DNA of 63,998 nt, filler included, from Globobulimina sp. (GCA_003354225.1; 15 parts of 15 records of this genome joined end to end with filler, not necessarily neighbours in it); one strand, 5' to 3'; numbered from the whole stretch's first letter, positions 25,664-38,672 are shown. Numbers and translations: made by a program. The notes: generated from the letters alone by a model not told the origin.

Positions 25664-26782
25664 TTTAATACAAAAAATAATCACTGCAATTTGTGCCGTT
25701 CCAACACAAGTACACCAATTGAGCACCACTTAGCAGTCTGCTGCCCACAACTAAACACATTACGATATGAATATTGGAATCACGCCACTGCCAGCTTTGC
25801 AAAGAGTGGAGCAGCAATAGACCATATACACCATCACCTATATATGCAACGACTGATTGAACTATGTAGAAATGTCAATTTAAATCAGTCGCACTTCTGG
25901 AAAATACTATGTGGTGCGAATTATTATAACAATGATTCTCGCACTTTCAATTATATACACAAACAAATAAACATAAACACCACAAAACATACATTATATA
26001 ATGACGTTATTTCCCAAACCCACAGATGGTTACAGCACAGCAGACAAATTAACAAAGGAAAGTCCTCCATTCGTCAAATCCAATGCAAACATAACACCGT
26101 CCCATCAAAAATGATAATGTTCCATATAAGAAATGATAACCTAAATGAATGGCATCATTATCAGCACAAAATCAATGATACAGACTTAATCATAGCCACT
26201 GATTCCTCCCATGACCCCCAGACCAATACCACTGGCATAGGAATATACATTAAAAATAATAACAAAATACACTGCTTCTCGCAGCCAATAGGACAGCAAA
26301 CAAACCATTATGGCGAACTATATGCCATCTTCAAATCCAAATTCTTAATAAATTACCATAACATAAATATAACAAATAGAAGAATCATCATCTTCACAGA
26401 TTCGTTATTCAACTTCCTTCCACTGATCATCACTCCCCGAAGACATCGCAATAACCCGATATCAATCCTATTCAAAAACACACAAAAATACATAAAAAAG
26501 AACAAGATATTACTGTGGAAAGTCAAATCGCATACCAAACCACAACAACAGCCATTTAATCAGGTGACGGATATCTTAGCAGAAATTGGACGACAGCATC
26601 CACGAAATTCCAGCCTAATCACCACCAATTACAACTCCATACGCTATGCCAAATCCAAATCATTCGACTTTCCTTGGGGTATCTATCCCCACCAAATTTA
26701 CTCTCTCGCCGGGATGTTTAAGCAATCGGTGAGTATGGAGCCAGACTTAGATCCTGGCTGAATGTTGCCCCACTACTACTAC
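25664..26782 (+). mobile_element. 3' end of non-LTR retrotransposon ORF2: CCHC finger + RNase H + terminal DPG, then a short (CTA)n tail
   Basis: HCNLC...IEHHLAVCCP finger; RNase HI residues ATDSS, GELYAI, FTDS, KSH, NQVTDILA; ends LDPG*; CACTACTACTAC about 10 nt after the stop. Confidence 0.85.
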
Positions 26783-26806
26783 AAGAAATAAAACAATAAT
26801 CAATAA

Positions 26807-27118
26807 CTAGCTTGACTCTTCATCCGCATCATTATTATTTGCATCAACATTTACTGGCATCATTTCAACAGATTGATTGTTTGCATAATGCAAATGAGCG
26901 TGTGAAGTAGGAAATCGTGCCGGACTTTGTGTGGGACTGTAGGTGGGAATATCTGTAGGTGATGTTGTAGGGGATGCAGTTGGTGAAATAGGAGAAAATG
27001 ATGGCGCAATACTAGGTGATATGGATGTTGCTGTATTTAAATATGTATGAATTAAGATGTCGTTGTAATTTTTCAGACGAATGTCAGTAAAAACACCAAG
27101 CAAGATTGTCGAAGACAT
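26807..27118 (-). CDS. Small protein with PTxSPT mucin-like repeats
   Basis: SPSIAPSFSPISPTASPTTSPTDIPTYSPTQSP. Confidence 0.45.
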   Translation of the reverse strand: MSSTILLGVFTDIRLKNYNDILIHTYLNTATSISPSIAPSFSPISPTASPTTSPTDIPTYSPTQSPARFPTSHAHLHYANNQSVEMMPVNVDANNNDADEESS

Positions 27119-27193
27119 GATTTAAAAGTTTAAGAGAATCATTTATATAATTAAATACAAAACATCCCACAAAAAAAACAATATATATATTAC

Positions 27194-29517
27194 TTATTCT
27201 TCATCACGCGTAAGAATGATAGGTACGATCCGTGAAGTACTTGCAATAGTATTTTGCCTATGAATTGTAATATTTTGTATATTATCTTTTAAATAACTTA
27301 ATTCTTGCAGATTATTAAAAAAACCTTTTGTTACACATATCTTATATCCAAGACTCATTCCGTTGAAGGCAAATGATAATAATAATAGAAATACTACTTT
27401 TTCATGTATTAAACCATAGAAATTCAAAATAAAAAATGGTAAATCTTCACATAAGGCAACAAAAATAAGGGCTGCTTCTTGGCGAACAACTTTGGCCAAT
27501 ATACTCATTCTAAATGAAATTTGACGATGTGTTGATGATAACACACTTAACTTTCTTTTTGTTCGCGGTGTACGAAGTACTGAATCTTCGTCGGAATCCC
27601 ATTCACTATCTTCATTATTGGTTGGCATTAATTTTTCAATGCCATTGATCATACCGGATTTTAATTGGATATAACACGAGAACATATTGCGAATGGTGAT
27701 GGTCAGATGCGCAGTAAACACAAAACTTGAAAGTACAGATATCGCAAAATATAAAATAATAAATGTGTTCGTATAAACACTGTTCGCAGAAATTATAGTG
27801 ATTAAGGATAGAATATCAGTCACATAATCTGCCAAACCAATCATTGTTGAGATTGCATCCGAACTTAACGATATAAATAATCTTCTTTTTTCTTGATTTA
27901 ATAGTTTTTTCGATTCATCGTTTAAATCTTCACCATTTGTCTTCATATCGTCTTGTTGCTTAATAAATTTTTTACAGAATTTAACAATAATCCAAATAAT
28001 ATATATTAATATAATTAAACTGACCATTCCACCTAATCCATACAACGCAATTTGCAACGATGAATAGCCAGCATCACTCACTGCATTTGGGTCATTTGTC
28101 ATATAATCACTTCTTGGTGGAATTATATTATTTAATATAAACTCTGCTGGCCACGAAATATCATTTTCATTTAATACGATAGAATTTGGTGGTTCGAAGT
28201 AACCAATTTTTGATATTTTATTTTTTGCATAATTACAATAACTGAATAATCCACTCACACGATCGCCATTATTATCAAATGATACATTCCCAGATAAGCC
28301 AATAAATGATACCTCGGATTTTAATATATCCGCATATCGCTGACTAAAATTACTCATTGATATATTATTGATGTGTTGGTTAATATTATCCAAATAATAC
28401 CCATGTAAAGCAATATATTTATCAGTTGCGGATAAGACTGCGAGGACATTGTCGTAGCCATAGGTTGCTATGGTCACATTATCTGACGCTATCAATGGAA
28501 ATCTGTCGCGTAAATCACTATACTTTGATATAGATACATTTAAAGGATATGAATACGGCAAATTATCTAAACTCGTCGTATTGTATACACTCCATCTGCA
28601 GGTCCCGATTATTCCATCATAGGATGCGTTTAACAGTGAATTTGAATGATATATACTTAAATACCATAATGAATCTGTAGCAAGATAATAATATGGGAAA
28701 GAATGCATATTATAACCGGCTAATTGCTGTGTCAATAAATTGAAATCGTTGACATAGATAACTAATATAAATATATATAAACCGGATTCTTTCATTGATT
28801 GTGCTGCCTCAATAACTGTAATATCATCGTCTTCAATATAACTAAATGCCTAAATTATAAATTATTTGTATGCACAGCACGGAAATACATATTTTTGTTG
28901 TATACCTGAACGGAAATATTATACACTTCACCCCATTTTGTAACGGATCGAGCTAACGATGTGCCATAACTTGATGACATATGAACCACTCCAACCTGAT
29001 CCCATCCAAAGTGATTACATAATTTGATTTGTCCCAATGCTTGCATGCCATCGTCAGCGATGGAACGATAAAAAGACGGATACTCAGTTAAAAAAGTGGA
29101 CGTTGCTGATCCAGAAATATGCAACAAATCAAATGCTTCGAGCATTGGTGACAGCAACATCGACAATGATGAATATATCATACCGAATATTATCGGAATG
29201 GTGAAACCAAGATCTTGGAAATTTGATGACATATTTAATCCAGAAGTTAGGGTTAATTTCGATGTGGAATCTGTCTCTAATAAGATCATTGATAATGTAC
29301 AGTTATTTGCAATCAGATTTGGAAATAAAGTCGCTGCTTCACTCATTGTACCTGCATTAAAATCTGATATAGCGGTTTCCAATGCATTTATTGTTTGAAC
29401 GCCACCACCATTATACTCTCCTTTGTTGGTGCTTTGGGCTAAATGTCCAAATTTTAAATGACAACATTTACAAGAAATAATTAATAACAGCATTGAAACA
29501 GATTTATAGATCGACAT
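27194..29517 (-). CDS. Membrane receptor: signal peptide + Venus-flytrap (ANF-receptor) ectodomain + about 5 TM helices; intron 28850-28905
   Basis: HISGSATSTFL...YPSFYRSIADD..Q, FGWDQVGVVH....YG, YGYDNV, FIGLSGNVSFDNNGDR; 56-nt intron joins VQ|AFSY. Confidence 0.8.
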
Positions 29518-29583
29518 TGTAGTATTAGTGCTTCTGGAAAGGTTGATAGAAAATGTTAATTTAATCAAGGCCACAGAATAACC

Positions 29584-29839
29584 ATGGCAATTGTGCAACT
29601 GCTACTAATCACAAGTATTATTTACACCAACATTGCCCAGGATTGTGACAACAATATACCAGGCACATTATGTGTAATCGAGTTAGATAATTTGTATTTA
29701 TATATATGAATTATATTTTTTCACAGCATGCAATACCAACATTTTATAACAAAAAAGCGGCGAAAATGCAGGCTCTACCATCACGTGTCGAAGTGGTGAT
29801 CCTTGTGAGATTACATGTGATGGTTTAAATTCTTGCGCG
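29584..29839 (+). CDS. Secreted Cys-rich protein (3' partial) with one short intron ending at about 29757
   Basis: MAIVQLLLITSIIYTNIA signal peptide, then ...ITCRSGDPCEITCDGLNSC, the same repeat type as the 43237 gene. Confidence 0.6.
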
Positions 29840-30851
29840 NNNNNNNNNNNNNNNNNNNNNNNNNNNNNNNNNNNNNNNNNNNNTTAATTAATTAANNNNN
29901 NNNNNNNNNNNNNNNNNNNNNNNNNNNNNNNNNNNNNNNCTAATAATATCTGTATGGATGTAGTGGGTGCTACAGTTTCTAACGTATCCACTGACTAATA
30001 ATTGTGATCGTCTTTTCCTGGCAGCATTGTTCATTTTTCCTTAAAGATGTTTCAGGCACTTCGGACTCTGTGTATACTGCACTCTGAAAGCACACACAAA
30101 TAATATGAATCTGAAAGAGACAGAGAAAGGACCAAGTTAAATTAATTATGGCAAAATTAAAGAAACAAAACAGTAAAACATTAAATTGATATGGATAAAA
30201 GTATGAAATCGTCGAAAATATCCAAATTAACTAAGAATTGTGATTAACATTTCATCATATTTTTACTTTTGCAACTTTTGATACAAAAAGAAAGGGTAAA
30301 TCCATTCGAAATCCGTAATATACTGTCTGCTAATTCTAACACTATTGTGTCCATTCAATAATCTGTCTGACAATTTGTAAGATGCAATCTGTGCTAAAAG
30401 GCGTATTCAATCTCTTTCTCTAATCTCTATGGCTCATTATTAATATTACTGAAACAGATTAAGAGGGATCGGAGCAGACAAAACTGAGACAACAACAACA
30501 TTCAAAAACAATTGTGGCAGGGAAACGTAACAGTCAATTAACTGCGAATACTGTGCTGACAGTTATCATACAAACAGCGACAGCTTAATCACCATAAAAA
30601 TAAATTAATATACATATAAAATAGTTTTTTAATCCAGTGTATTGCAATTGTTCAACTTGTGTGTCATACCACTAAATTAGTTGTTTTAATTAGTTGGTTA
30701 TCGGTAAAATGTTTGACGTGTAAAATACTGTAAATGTATGTATATCAAGCGCTATAATGATAAAATTAGTGAGTAGTTTCTTGTCAATATCATTTGGAAT
30801 TGGAATGGAACGAATATATTTTAATAAATTCAAACCACATTACGATTCTCA

Positions 30852-31136
30852 TCATCTTTTATTTCTACCATTTTGACATCGATTGAGCAATAAAATGACA
30901 TTACAAACAATAATACATCCTGCCACTGCCACCAACAAATATAATGTTTGACTTGAAATTTCAACTTCAGTTTGTCCAAATATTATATTTCCTTTATTTC
31001 TATTCTTTACTGACAGTCCTTCATAATCATCATCTCCAATCAACCCTTTTTCGACTGCAAAACGGGCTGAAACAGCACCATAACAAATATTTGCTAACAA
31101 TATGAATCCCAAAAAACAACTCCAAGTATTCTTCAT
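30852..31136 (-). CDS. Small signal-peptide + single-TM protein
   Basis: Hydrophobic N-terminus and C-terminal TM (LYLLVAVAGCIIVCNVILLL) followed by basic residues; start codon uncertain. Confidence 0.45.
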   Translation of the reverse strand: MKNTWSCFLGFILLANICYGAVSARFAVEKGLIGDDDYEGLSVKNRNKGNIIFGQTEVEISSQTLYLLVAVAGCIIVCNVILLLNRCQNGRNKR

Positions 31137-32052
31137 TTTTGTGTACACCAAATAAAATCTAAAAAAAGTAACTTAAAAATTCCAAAGCAGTTAGATGACT
31201 AGAACCAGAAACCTTACACCAATAACAATCTGACGCTGAAAACCCGTGTGGAAAGCGCATGCTCTTAACGTATTAGAATATTATTGTACGTTTATGTCAT
31301 ACTACCGATCGAGTTGTTTTTTTGTACGACATAATAATAATAATCAGACATATATCACACATAAAAATATATTGTTTACTTACAATTTAGAACAAATTAC
31401 AGCATCTCTTACTGTACAATCTAACATATTTACACCTTTCATTGACCACACATCATTGATTAAATCATCATAAATCATAATCAGACCATTTTTATTGTAG
31501 ATACTATCATAAAATTCGATTCTATGTAATATATGTTGTCTTTTCCGCCACGCAAATAAATTATGAAAACCATTGCTTTCGCTCATTCCACGCTTCTCAT
31601 TTGCCATCATTTAATATTTTTTACTGTTCTTTTTTGGTCCACTAATCAATTTTAAATCATTTATAAATATACAAAATAATGCATAAATCCTCAAAGGAAA
31701 CGATTGTTTCTTTTTTGCATATATTAAATGTAAATGATTTTTATCCATATTTGAAATGGAGTCTATACATTCTTAGCTCAACTCTCGTATCGCCTCTCCC
31801 TTCAATGATTCGCCAATTACATCACATTTGCCGCCCGGGAAGCCAAGTTTGCCTTTGCCACTGCCGACATTATGTGATCGTTGATGATAAGCAACATATA
31901 ATGTTTCCTTTTCTTTGTTAAAATTAGTCGGACTTTGATCCTGAGTCGGACTTTGTTCCTGAATGTTTTCTCACTCCTTCATTAAAAAACTCAAAACAAC
32001 ATTTTAATTCTCAAACCATCTCTTTCTGACAAACATCAAATTACTTATTACA

Positions 32053-33122
32053 ATGGGTATGCGTTGATGTTACTTTGCAATTACAACCATGCACATTAAA
32101 ACATTTTGTATGTGTATACATTAAAGGCCTTTCATCCTCTCGGGAAAGCGATAAAGCCAAAACAAATACTTTATTATTTGACACATCAACGACATCTCAA
32201 GATAAATATAAATGTTCTCAAATGAATATACCAATTCAATTAGAACCTGAACGATTAAACACAGAATTTGAGAAAACTGTTATTGGCAAACCATCAAAAC
32301 TAAATGTAGATGAATGGAAAACTATCGATCCGACACCGAGTCAATACCGAGTGCCAAAACCATTGCAATCAAAGTTAAGATTAAAAAACAAGGCAAAGGC
32401 AATGAGCATGAATAATATTGACAAATTTATTAAATTTGTACGTAACAAGCATCAAAAATCACACTCGGAATTTGAAATACATAAACAATTAGATCCTGAA
32501 TCGCGAACTGTAACAGAATTAACGGCAACAGCCGACGAATTTATATTGATTTCATCATCTGAGGATTCATCTCATTCTGAAACATCTGACAATGACACTG
32601 CTAATGAATTTGAGTTGGAAATAGCTGAATTATGGATATTTAATATGTGTTTATGGACTGATGAGGAAATCGAAGAATTTTTAAAATTAATTGGTTCACA
32701 AAAATATATCGATACATTTAGATTTAATGCAATAAAAGCAAATCATTTAATGATTATCGATAAAGAAACATTACAATCAATGAATATTCCATCTGGTCAT
32801 TGTCTAAATATTATTTACGAAAGAGATTGGTTCTTAAAATGGTTTGTTTTGTGTGTTTTTCTTTATTTTTTAATATACTAAATTTGTAAATTATATTGAC
32901 AGTAATGAAAGTATACAAACTTTAATGGATTTGAATGTTTCAAATTGCGATAGAAATGCATTGGTGACTATATTGAACGATATTGAATCAATATTAAACA
33001 GGGCGACACCATATGCATTAAGAAAGAATTCAGAAAAAACCATTTTTGAAAATAAGTATGAAATGATGGTTAAAATTATCAACGACTATATGCAGAAAAT
33101 TGACAATCAATTAAAAATGTAA
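32053..33122 (+). CDS. SAM-domain protein with N-myristoylation motif; introns 32057-32126 and 32842-32902
   Basis: Spliced N-terminus MGLSSS; WTDEEIEEFL..IG...YIDTF..NAI...L...L..MNIPSGH..NII is a SAM pattern. Confidence 0.75.
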
Positions 33123-33559
33123 AATTAAAATAAGAAATTAAAATTATAACAAATAAGAATGTTTTCAATGAACTTTCACGAAATTGAAAGAAATCTGAAA
33201 ACGATTCTTCGATCCAATATATATATCGAATCAAACAGTTATTTATTTATTTATTTATTGCCAGCTTTTAGTTGAGCAATTTTTTATTTATTAATATTTA
33301 TTAATTACTATTCTCTTTTAATCTTTTTTTTCGAGCTTCTCATATCAATTGCAATTAAAGCAATGTGCGGTCTGTGCTTCCAAGGTACGAACAGGTTAAA
33401 TCTTTCTTTCGTATTAGAAATTCTAGAAAATTGTTCTTTGGGATCGAAGTCAACTGATCCTTGCACTTTGGAATATTGTGACAATGGATATAATCAAATG
33501 TTAAATAATAAATAACTTACACAGAAAAACTAAATAAATAACTTATTCATCGTAAACCA

Positions 33560-34114
33560 TTAATTCATATTTTCATCAGAATCTGAAGCGGATTCAAACG
33601 ATTCGCCACTGTCATTATCGCTATCCTCATCATTTGATATTCTCCGTCGTGTCCTCTTTTTTTTGGGCGCCTCTGTTTTATTATTATTCCCTTTCTTTTT
33701 CCTATTCGATGCACTCCGGCCGCCCGTAGCGGTCCTCCTCACTGTCACATTTGCATTATTATTACTATTACGATTACGATTTGTCAACAATGCATTTAAC
33801 AGACTGCCACTCCCATTGTTACCACCATTATTCTCCATCTTCCTTCTTTTCTTAACCCGCTTTGTCTTTGTTGTATTATTATGGCTGTTATTCGCACTCA
33901 AATGATTATTATTGTTATTCAAATCATTTGCTGTCGAAAATTCATCCAATACGCTCCTTTTCCTTTTCCTCCGCGTCCGATTACTCGACGCAATAACCGG
34001 TGTGTGGACATTTTGAATATTATTATTATTATTGCGTGGATCAAAACTAATGGAGCCATCACTATGATATTGTACATCGGTGGCAGTTGGTGTGGCTGTC
34101 GCCGTTGCTGTGGC
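33560..34114 (-). CDS. 3' part of an Asn/Lys/Arg-rich low-complexity (nuclear-type) protein
   Basis: Open frame with basic clusters and an acidic Ser-rich end. Confidence 0.45.
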   Translation of the reverse strand, partial: ATATATATPTATDVQYHSDGSISFDPRNNNNNIQNVHTPVIASSNRTRRKRKRSVLDEFSTANDLNNNNNHLSANNSHNNTTKTKRVKKRRKMENNGGNNGSGSLLNALLTNRNRNSNNNANVTVRRTATGGRSASNRKKKGNNNKTEAPKKKRTRRRISNDEDSDNDSGESFESASDSDENMN

Positions 34115-34326
34115 NNNNNNNNNNNNNNNNNNNNNNNNNNNNNNNNNNNNNNNNNNNNTTAATTAATTAANNNNNNNNNNNNNNNNNNNNNNNNNNNNNN
34201 NNNNNNNNNNNNNNGACAAAATATCAGACCAAAATATCAGTGATATTTTCAAGATTTGGGTGCCGAAATCTGAAAATATCAATACATAATTCAACATATG
34301 AATTATGAGACGAAATCTGAGATATC

Positions 34327-34504
34327 ATAGGCATATTACGGTTTATTGTGATAAAATATCGGTTGAATATTTTCGTTTATTCGGAATATGGGACTGATAG
34401 ATATTTTTTGTTTATTGGGATATCGCGACCCCGAAAATATCAGTCCCAATTCCAAAAAACGAAAATATCACCGATATTTTGTCCCAAAAACCATAATATC
34501 CTAT
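34327..34504. mobile_element. MITE-like imperfect inverted repeat (about 70-bp arms) built from AAAATATC units
   Basis: Left arm ATAGGCATATTACGGTTT...GGGACTGATA pairs with right arm TATCAGTCCC...AAACCATAATATCCTAT; further AAAATATC units at 34215-34325. Confidence 0.75.
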
Positions 34505-35023
34505 TAATATGTGTGAGTGTGAGAGAGAGGGAGAGGATATATTTGAAGCGGATGTTGTGGATTGTAACATTGTCGGAGGTTGTAATAAAATATGTGAGTC
34601 ATTGTTTGTGTGTTCTTCGGCATTATTTAACCTCACTGTTGATTTAGAAAACTTTCCATAACAAAATGATACTGCAGATGATTTAGAAAAAGAAGAGAAA
34701 CAATCCGAATCATAATCATATGATTCATATCAAAAAAAAATGTATATTCTGCACTGAATGATTTTATCAATGAATATTTTGTTATTTATTAATATGATCT
34801 TGCATGAAAAGTACGCATTTGGACCTGTTACAACATAAAAATTAAAGCTAAAATTAAGATCAGAAAATAATTTATTTTACAAAAAAATTGGACAATACGA
34901 AGTGAGGCAATATTGGTTCCAATAATGGCGTATAGATCTCATGATATGTAGAAATCATATACTCCGTATTTTACACATGTTATTTTTTTTTTGCTATGTT
35001 TTTTATTTTTAATATAAGCTTAG

Positions 35024-36685
35024 TTATCCAATAATTACCTCAGTAAATACAATAATACAAAGTGATATCATAAATCCGCGAATTGCCAATAGTGTCGCCG
35101 ATGTAATAGGTATAGACAGAATTGTAAATGGTTTATCATGCTTCAATAAACGAGTAATTATGATTTCAATTACATTCAACACATCTTTTTTTTGATCACC
35201 ATCCATATTTTTCAACACTGCCAATCTTAATTTCTCTTTTTCTAACATACTAATTTGTGATTGTGTTGTATTAAATGCTGTGCTCAATTCATCAAAGGTA
35301 ATACCTATAACTATAATTACAACAATAACTAATACACAGATTAATGACAAAGTAGTAACATCCCATTGCTGCAATTGGCCAGAAAATAGTCCAACGGTCA
35401 AAATTCCCACCAACAAAATCGATACAAATAATAACATACCACAAATAAATGACAAATTACCAATAGTTGTGGGAATATCATAAACTTTGTAATAATGCCG
35501 CAATTGCCACCATCCAATCACTTGATTTGATTCATTACAATACAACGGTTCAGCAAATACGTTCAAAATTGTATGAGGATATCTTGAAATTATTATTAAT
35601 TTTCTGAACGAATTTATCAAAATCAAAAAGTAAAAGCCCAATACCAATGACAAGCCAAGCGATCTCCATATTTGTTGTTGTGATATGGATGAAAAAGCAA
35701 ATGTAGTGCCGGCATACAACAACACCGCACTGATCAAAACCCATAAAAGGACATATCCAAATCCAATCCATTGACACGTGTACAGCGACGTCGACAGTTT
35801 AAGTTTATTCATATCTCTGCAGACATTGGTTTGGATGCGATTTTCTGTGTTTTCCATACACTCATAACGATTTAAAACAATTTTCTTGAACTCTTGCAAT
35901 TTTCTTTCTGTATCACGTGATTTGACCGCTAAGTTTGAGATCGCAAATGCAATTAAAAATAAAATATAGAGTGGTATTGCATCCATAATATAAGCATTAT
36001 AATACCCATAGGTACAAGCTGTCAATACGTATTTAGGACAAAATGTGTCTTGAAAAGACATAAATGTGCCAAAATAAACAATGTTTGCAAACAAAGAATA
36101 GGATAATATTAAAATGCCAATATGTTTTGGACAAAAAGAGAATTTTAATTGTTGTGGGTTTAGATAAAATGTCCTACAAATTGCGGTGTTCACCATGTTA
36201 AAACATTTATGTTTTGCTGCAGCGTCCATTCGTGCACTCTCATTAATATTTTTGTTGTCGTCAAATCTTTGCAGCTGCAATTTGGAAAATTTGGAGAATT
36301 CTCGCAATACGGGAGCTACATATTGGTGTGTGGCAGTTGACGATTTTTCAAAATCTTCAAAAGGAATATAATAATATGATTTTATGCAATGCAAAGATAT
36401 CAATATAAAAACAACGAAATTTGTTAAAGTTGAAATCAGAGTTAAAATATACCAACGGCTAAGCAATGTAATCAATGACATAATTAATAAAAAACTCAAA
36501 TAAGTTAATGCAATCCATCGTTTCCAACTTTGATCATAAGGGTTATCAATATCTAATGAATACATTCCTTGTCCAAGCTCAATAAATGTTTCGTTATCAT
36601 TATCAATTTTTGCCTTCGCATGGATACTGCCATCAGGATCTATTATGTTTGCTACCTGTGTTACCATTTCCATTTCTAACGACAT
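35024..36685 (-). CDS. Multi-pass membrane protein, possibly gustatory-receptor-like 7TM ion channel fold
   Basis: At least 7 hydrophobic helices; C-terminal PFTILSIPITSATLLAIRGFMISLCIIV resembles the split TM7 of GR/OR/DUF3537 proteins. Confidence 0.6.
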   Translation of the reverse strand: MSLEMEMVTQVANIIDPDGSIHAKAKIDNDNETFIELGQGMYSLDIDNPYDQSWKRWIALTYLSFLLIMSLITLLSRWYILTLISTLTNFVVFILISLHCIKSYYYIPFEDFEKSSTATHQYVAPVLREFSKFSKLQLQRFDDNKNINESARMDAAAKHKCFNMVNTAICRTFYLNPQQLKFSFCPKHIGILILSYSLFANIVYFGTFMSFQDTFCPKYVLTACTYGYYNAYIMDAIPLYILFLIAFAISNLAVKSRDTERKLQEFKKIVLNRYECMENTENRIQTNVCRDMNKLKLSTSLYTCQWIGFGYVLLWVLISAVLLYAGTTFAFSSISQQQIWRSLGLSLVLGFYFLILINSFRKLIIISRYPHTILNVFAEPLYCNESNQVIGWWQLRHYYKVYDIPTTIGNLSFICGMLLFVSILLVGILTVGLFSGQLQQWDVTTLSLICVLVIVVIIVIGITFDELSTAFNTTQSQISMLEKEKLRLAVLKNMDGDQKKDVLNVIEIIITRLLKHDKPFTILSIPITSATLLAIRGFMISLCIIVFTEVIIG

Positions 36686-37704
36686 TTGTTAGGGAATGTT
36701 CTTAGTATTACGTAATTGAATTGATGCCTAGGACCTAGGTGTCATTAATTATAATTAATTGTAATAAACTGAGAGTTTTTTTTAGAAATGTCTAACTTAA
36801 AAGTTGCAGACTGGAATGCGTTGCAAACTATATATCTATTAACATGTGATGGGAACACAAGGAAAGATATGGCATCAAAAGAATGAAAACTTGCATACAA
36901 GATCAATTTATAAATTGCAAGTCATCCAACTGATGATTTATTACACCAAAAATTGAGTAATGCGCTCAATGAATTTGCTATAATGCAGCCAAGTGAGCCA
37001 AGTGATATCAGTTATGTTAAACTTTTGTTATCACATCCAAATATGTTTAATATATTTAGATTAGATATGTTTATACGAATATCATAAATGTAGTGCTAAT
37101 ATATTAAAGCACAATGTTCATATTTAGGCGGAATACGTGGAGTATTATTAAATAATGTATTAGATAATATTGTTAATATACTTTATTGATGATTTTAAAC
37201 ATCTCATACATTGTCATTCAACAAGTGTATAATAATAAAGTAAAACAATATATTTGGATGGAAATGAATGTTTTTTTATGGGGAATCAGTAATATCAAAC
37301 ATAGGAAATTCATATATTCAAAATTAAAGGAAGTGGTTAGGAGAAATTGTAATGTCATTTTCATCAGAAACGCCATGGATTGAATTGAATTGATTGGATA
37401 AATATACTATCAGCTACCCACTGTCGATCTAATACTCATAATCCTATTTGTACTTTTTTTTTCTCATTTTTTTCCCTTGGGTTTGCCACATAGCGCAAGG
37501 TTTTTGTAAATTACTATCTTACTTCAAAAACTCATTTCTATCCGATCTGTCAATCCATTCCTCTGTGTGTTACTAGAAGAATACGTGCGATACATAAACT
37601 AAACGAGAACAAGTGTGACACACAAGCTTTGCGTCCCTAAACACATTGAATCAATTCACATTTAAACCCAATTAGCTGACCCAACAAAAATTATTAATAA
37701 ATCA

Positions 37705-38389
37705 ATGTCAGGAATTACAAAAGAATCACAATACGGCGCATCACGAAGTAGTTATTCTTCGGCCGATAAACGTTATACACCATACAACAAATCAAATGCA
37801 GCTAGAAATAACCGAACAAATGGATGTTTTAACTGTGGCGAAGATGGCCATTTCTCTCGCGAATGCCCACAAAAAAGAGGTGCTTCTTCAAACTCATCAT
37901 TCCAAGGATTCAAACAAAACAAATTCGGTATGGGGACCAACGATTTTAACATCAAATTCGGCCAAGCCGGTGGTGGATTAGTCGCCGTCGACTGGGCAGA
38001 GCGCTCATTATTGCCATTCAAGAAAGATTTTTATGAAGAATCAGCAAATACGGCCTCGCTCTCATTGGAAACCATCGATGAATGGAAAAAACAACACGAC
38101 ATTGAATGTTTCTATGGCTATCAAGAAAGTATAAAAAAAAACAATTTCTATGCCTCAGCACCAAGCAGCAAAAGTGAAGCAAAAAAAGTTCCAAATCCCA
38201 TTATGGGCTTCAAAGACTGTGCAGCATTCCCGCCCATTGTACAGAGATCCATCGCGAAATCTGGCTTTGAGGCACCGACACCCATTCAATCTGCGACATG
38301 GCCCATTTTATTGTCTGGATACAATGTGATTGGCGTCGCACGAACCGGTTCGGGTAAGACGTTGGCCTTTTTATTACCCGCAGTGGTGC
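37705..38389 (+). CDS. DBP2: DBP2/DDX5-like DEAD-box RNA helicase with N-terminal CCHC knuckle (3' partial)
   Basis: [26 protein letters not shown] motif GFEAPTPIQ; motif [15 protein letters not shown]. Confidence 0.85.
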
Positions 38390-38496
38390 NNNNNNNNNNN
38401 NNNNNNNNNNNNNNNNNNNNNNNNNNNNNNNNNTTAATTAATTAANNNNNNNNNNNNNNNNNNNNNNNNNNNNNNNNNNNNNNNNNNNNAGATATA

Positions 38497-38632
38497 CTTT
38501 TCGTGAAATTTTCGTGAATATCCAAGTGCTGGAATTTCAGAATAATTTTGATTCAGATCAAATCTGAGAGAATGAATTGAATTTAGATCAGATCTGAGTC
38601 AATGATTTTTATTCAGATTAGATCTGATCTGA
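38497..38632. repeat. Repeat end: TTTCGTGA units + motif shared with 361-392 + three ATT(C/T)AGAT(C/T)A(A/G)ATCTGA quasi-palindromes
   Basis: Three near-identical AGATC-type units between about 38551 and 38632. Confidence 0.7.
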
Positions 38633-38672
38633 TTGTAGTTTATATAATAACGAATTAAACAAATGTTTTCAT

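Noticed and set aside
31925-31961. 18-bp direct duplication AGTCGGACTTTG(A/T)TCCTG
   Set aside because: Two copies only, with no further structure; could be a promoter motif but is unsupported.
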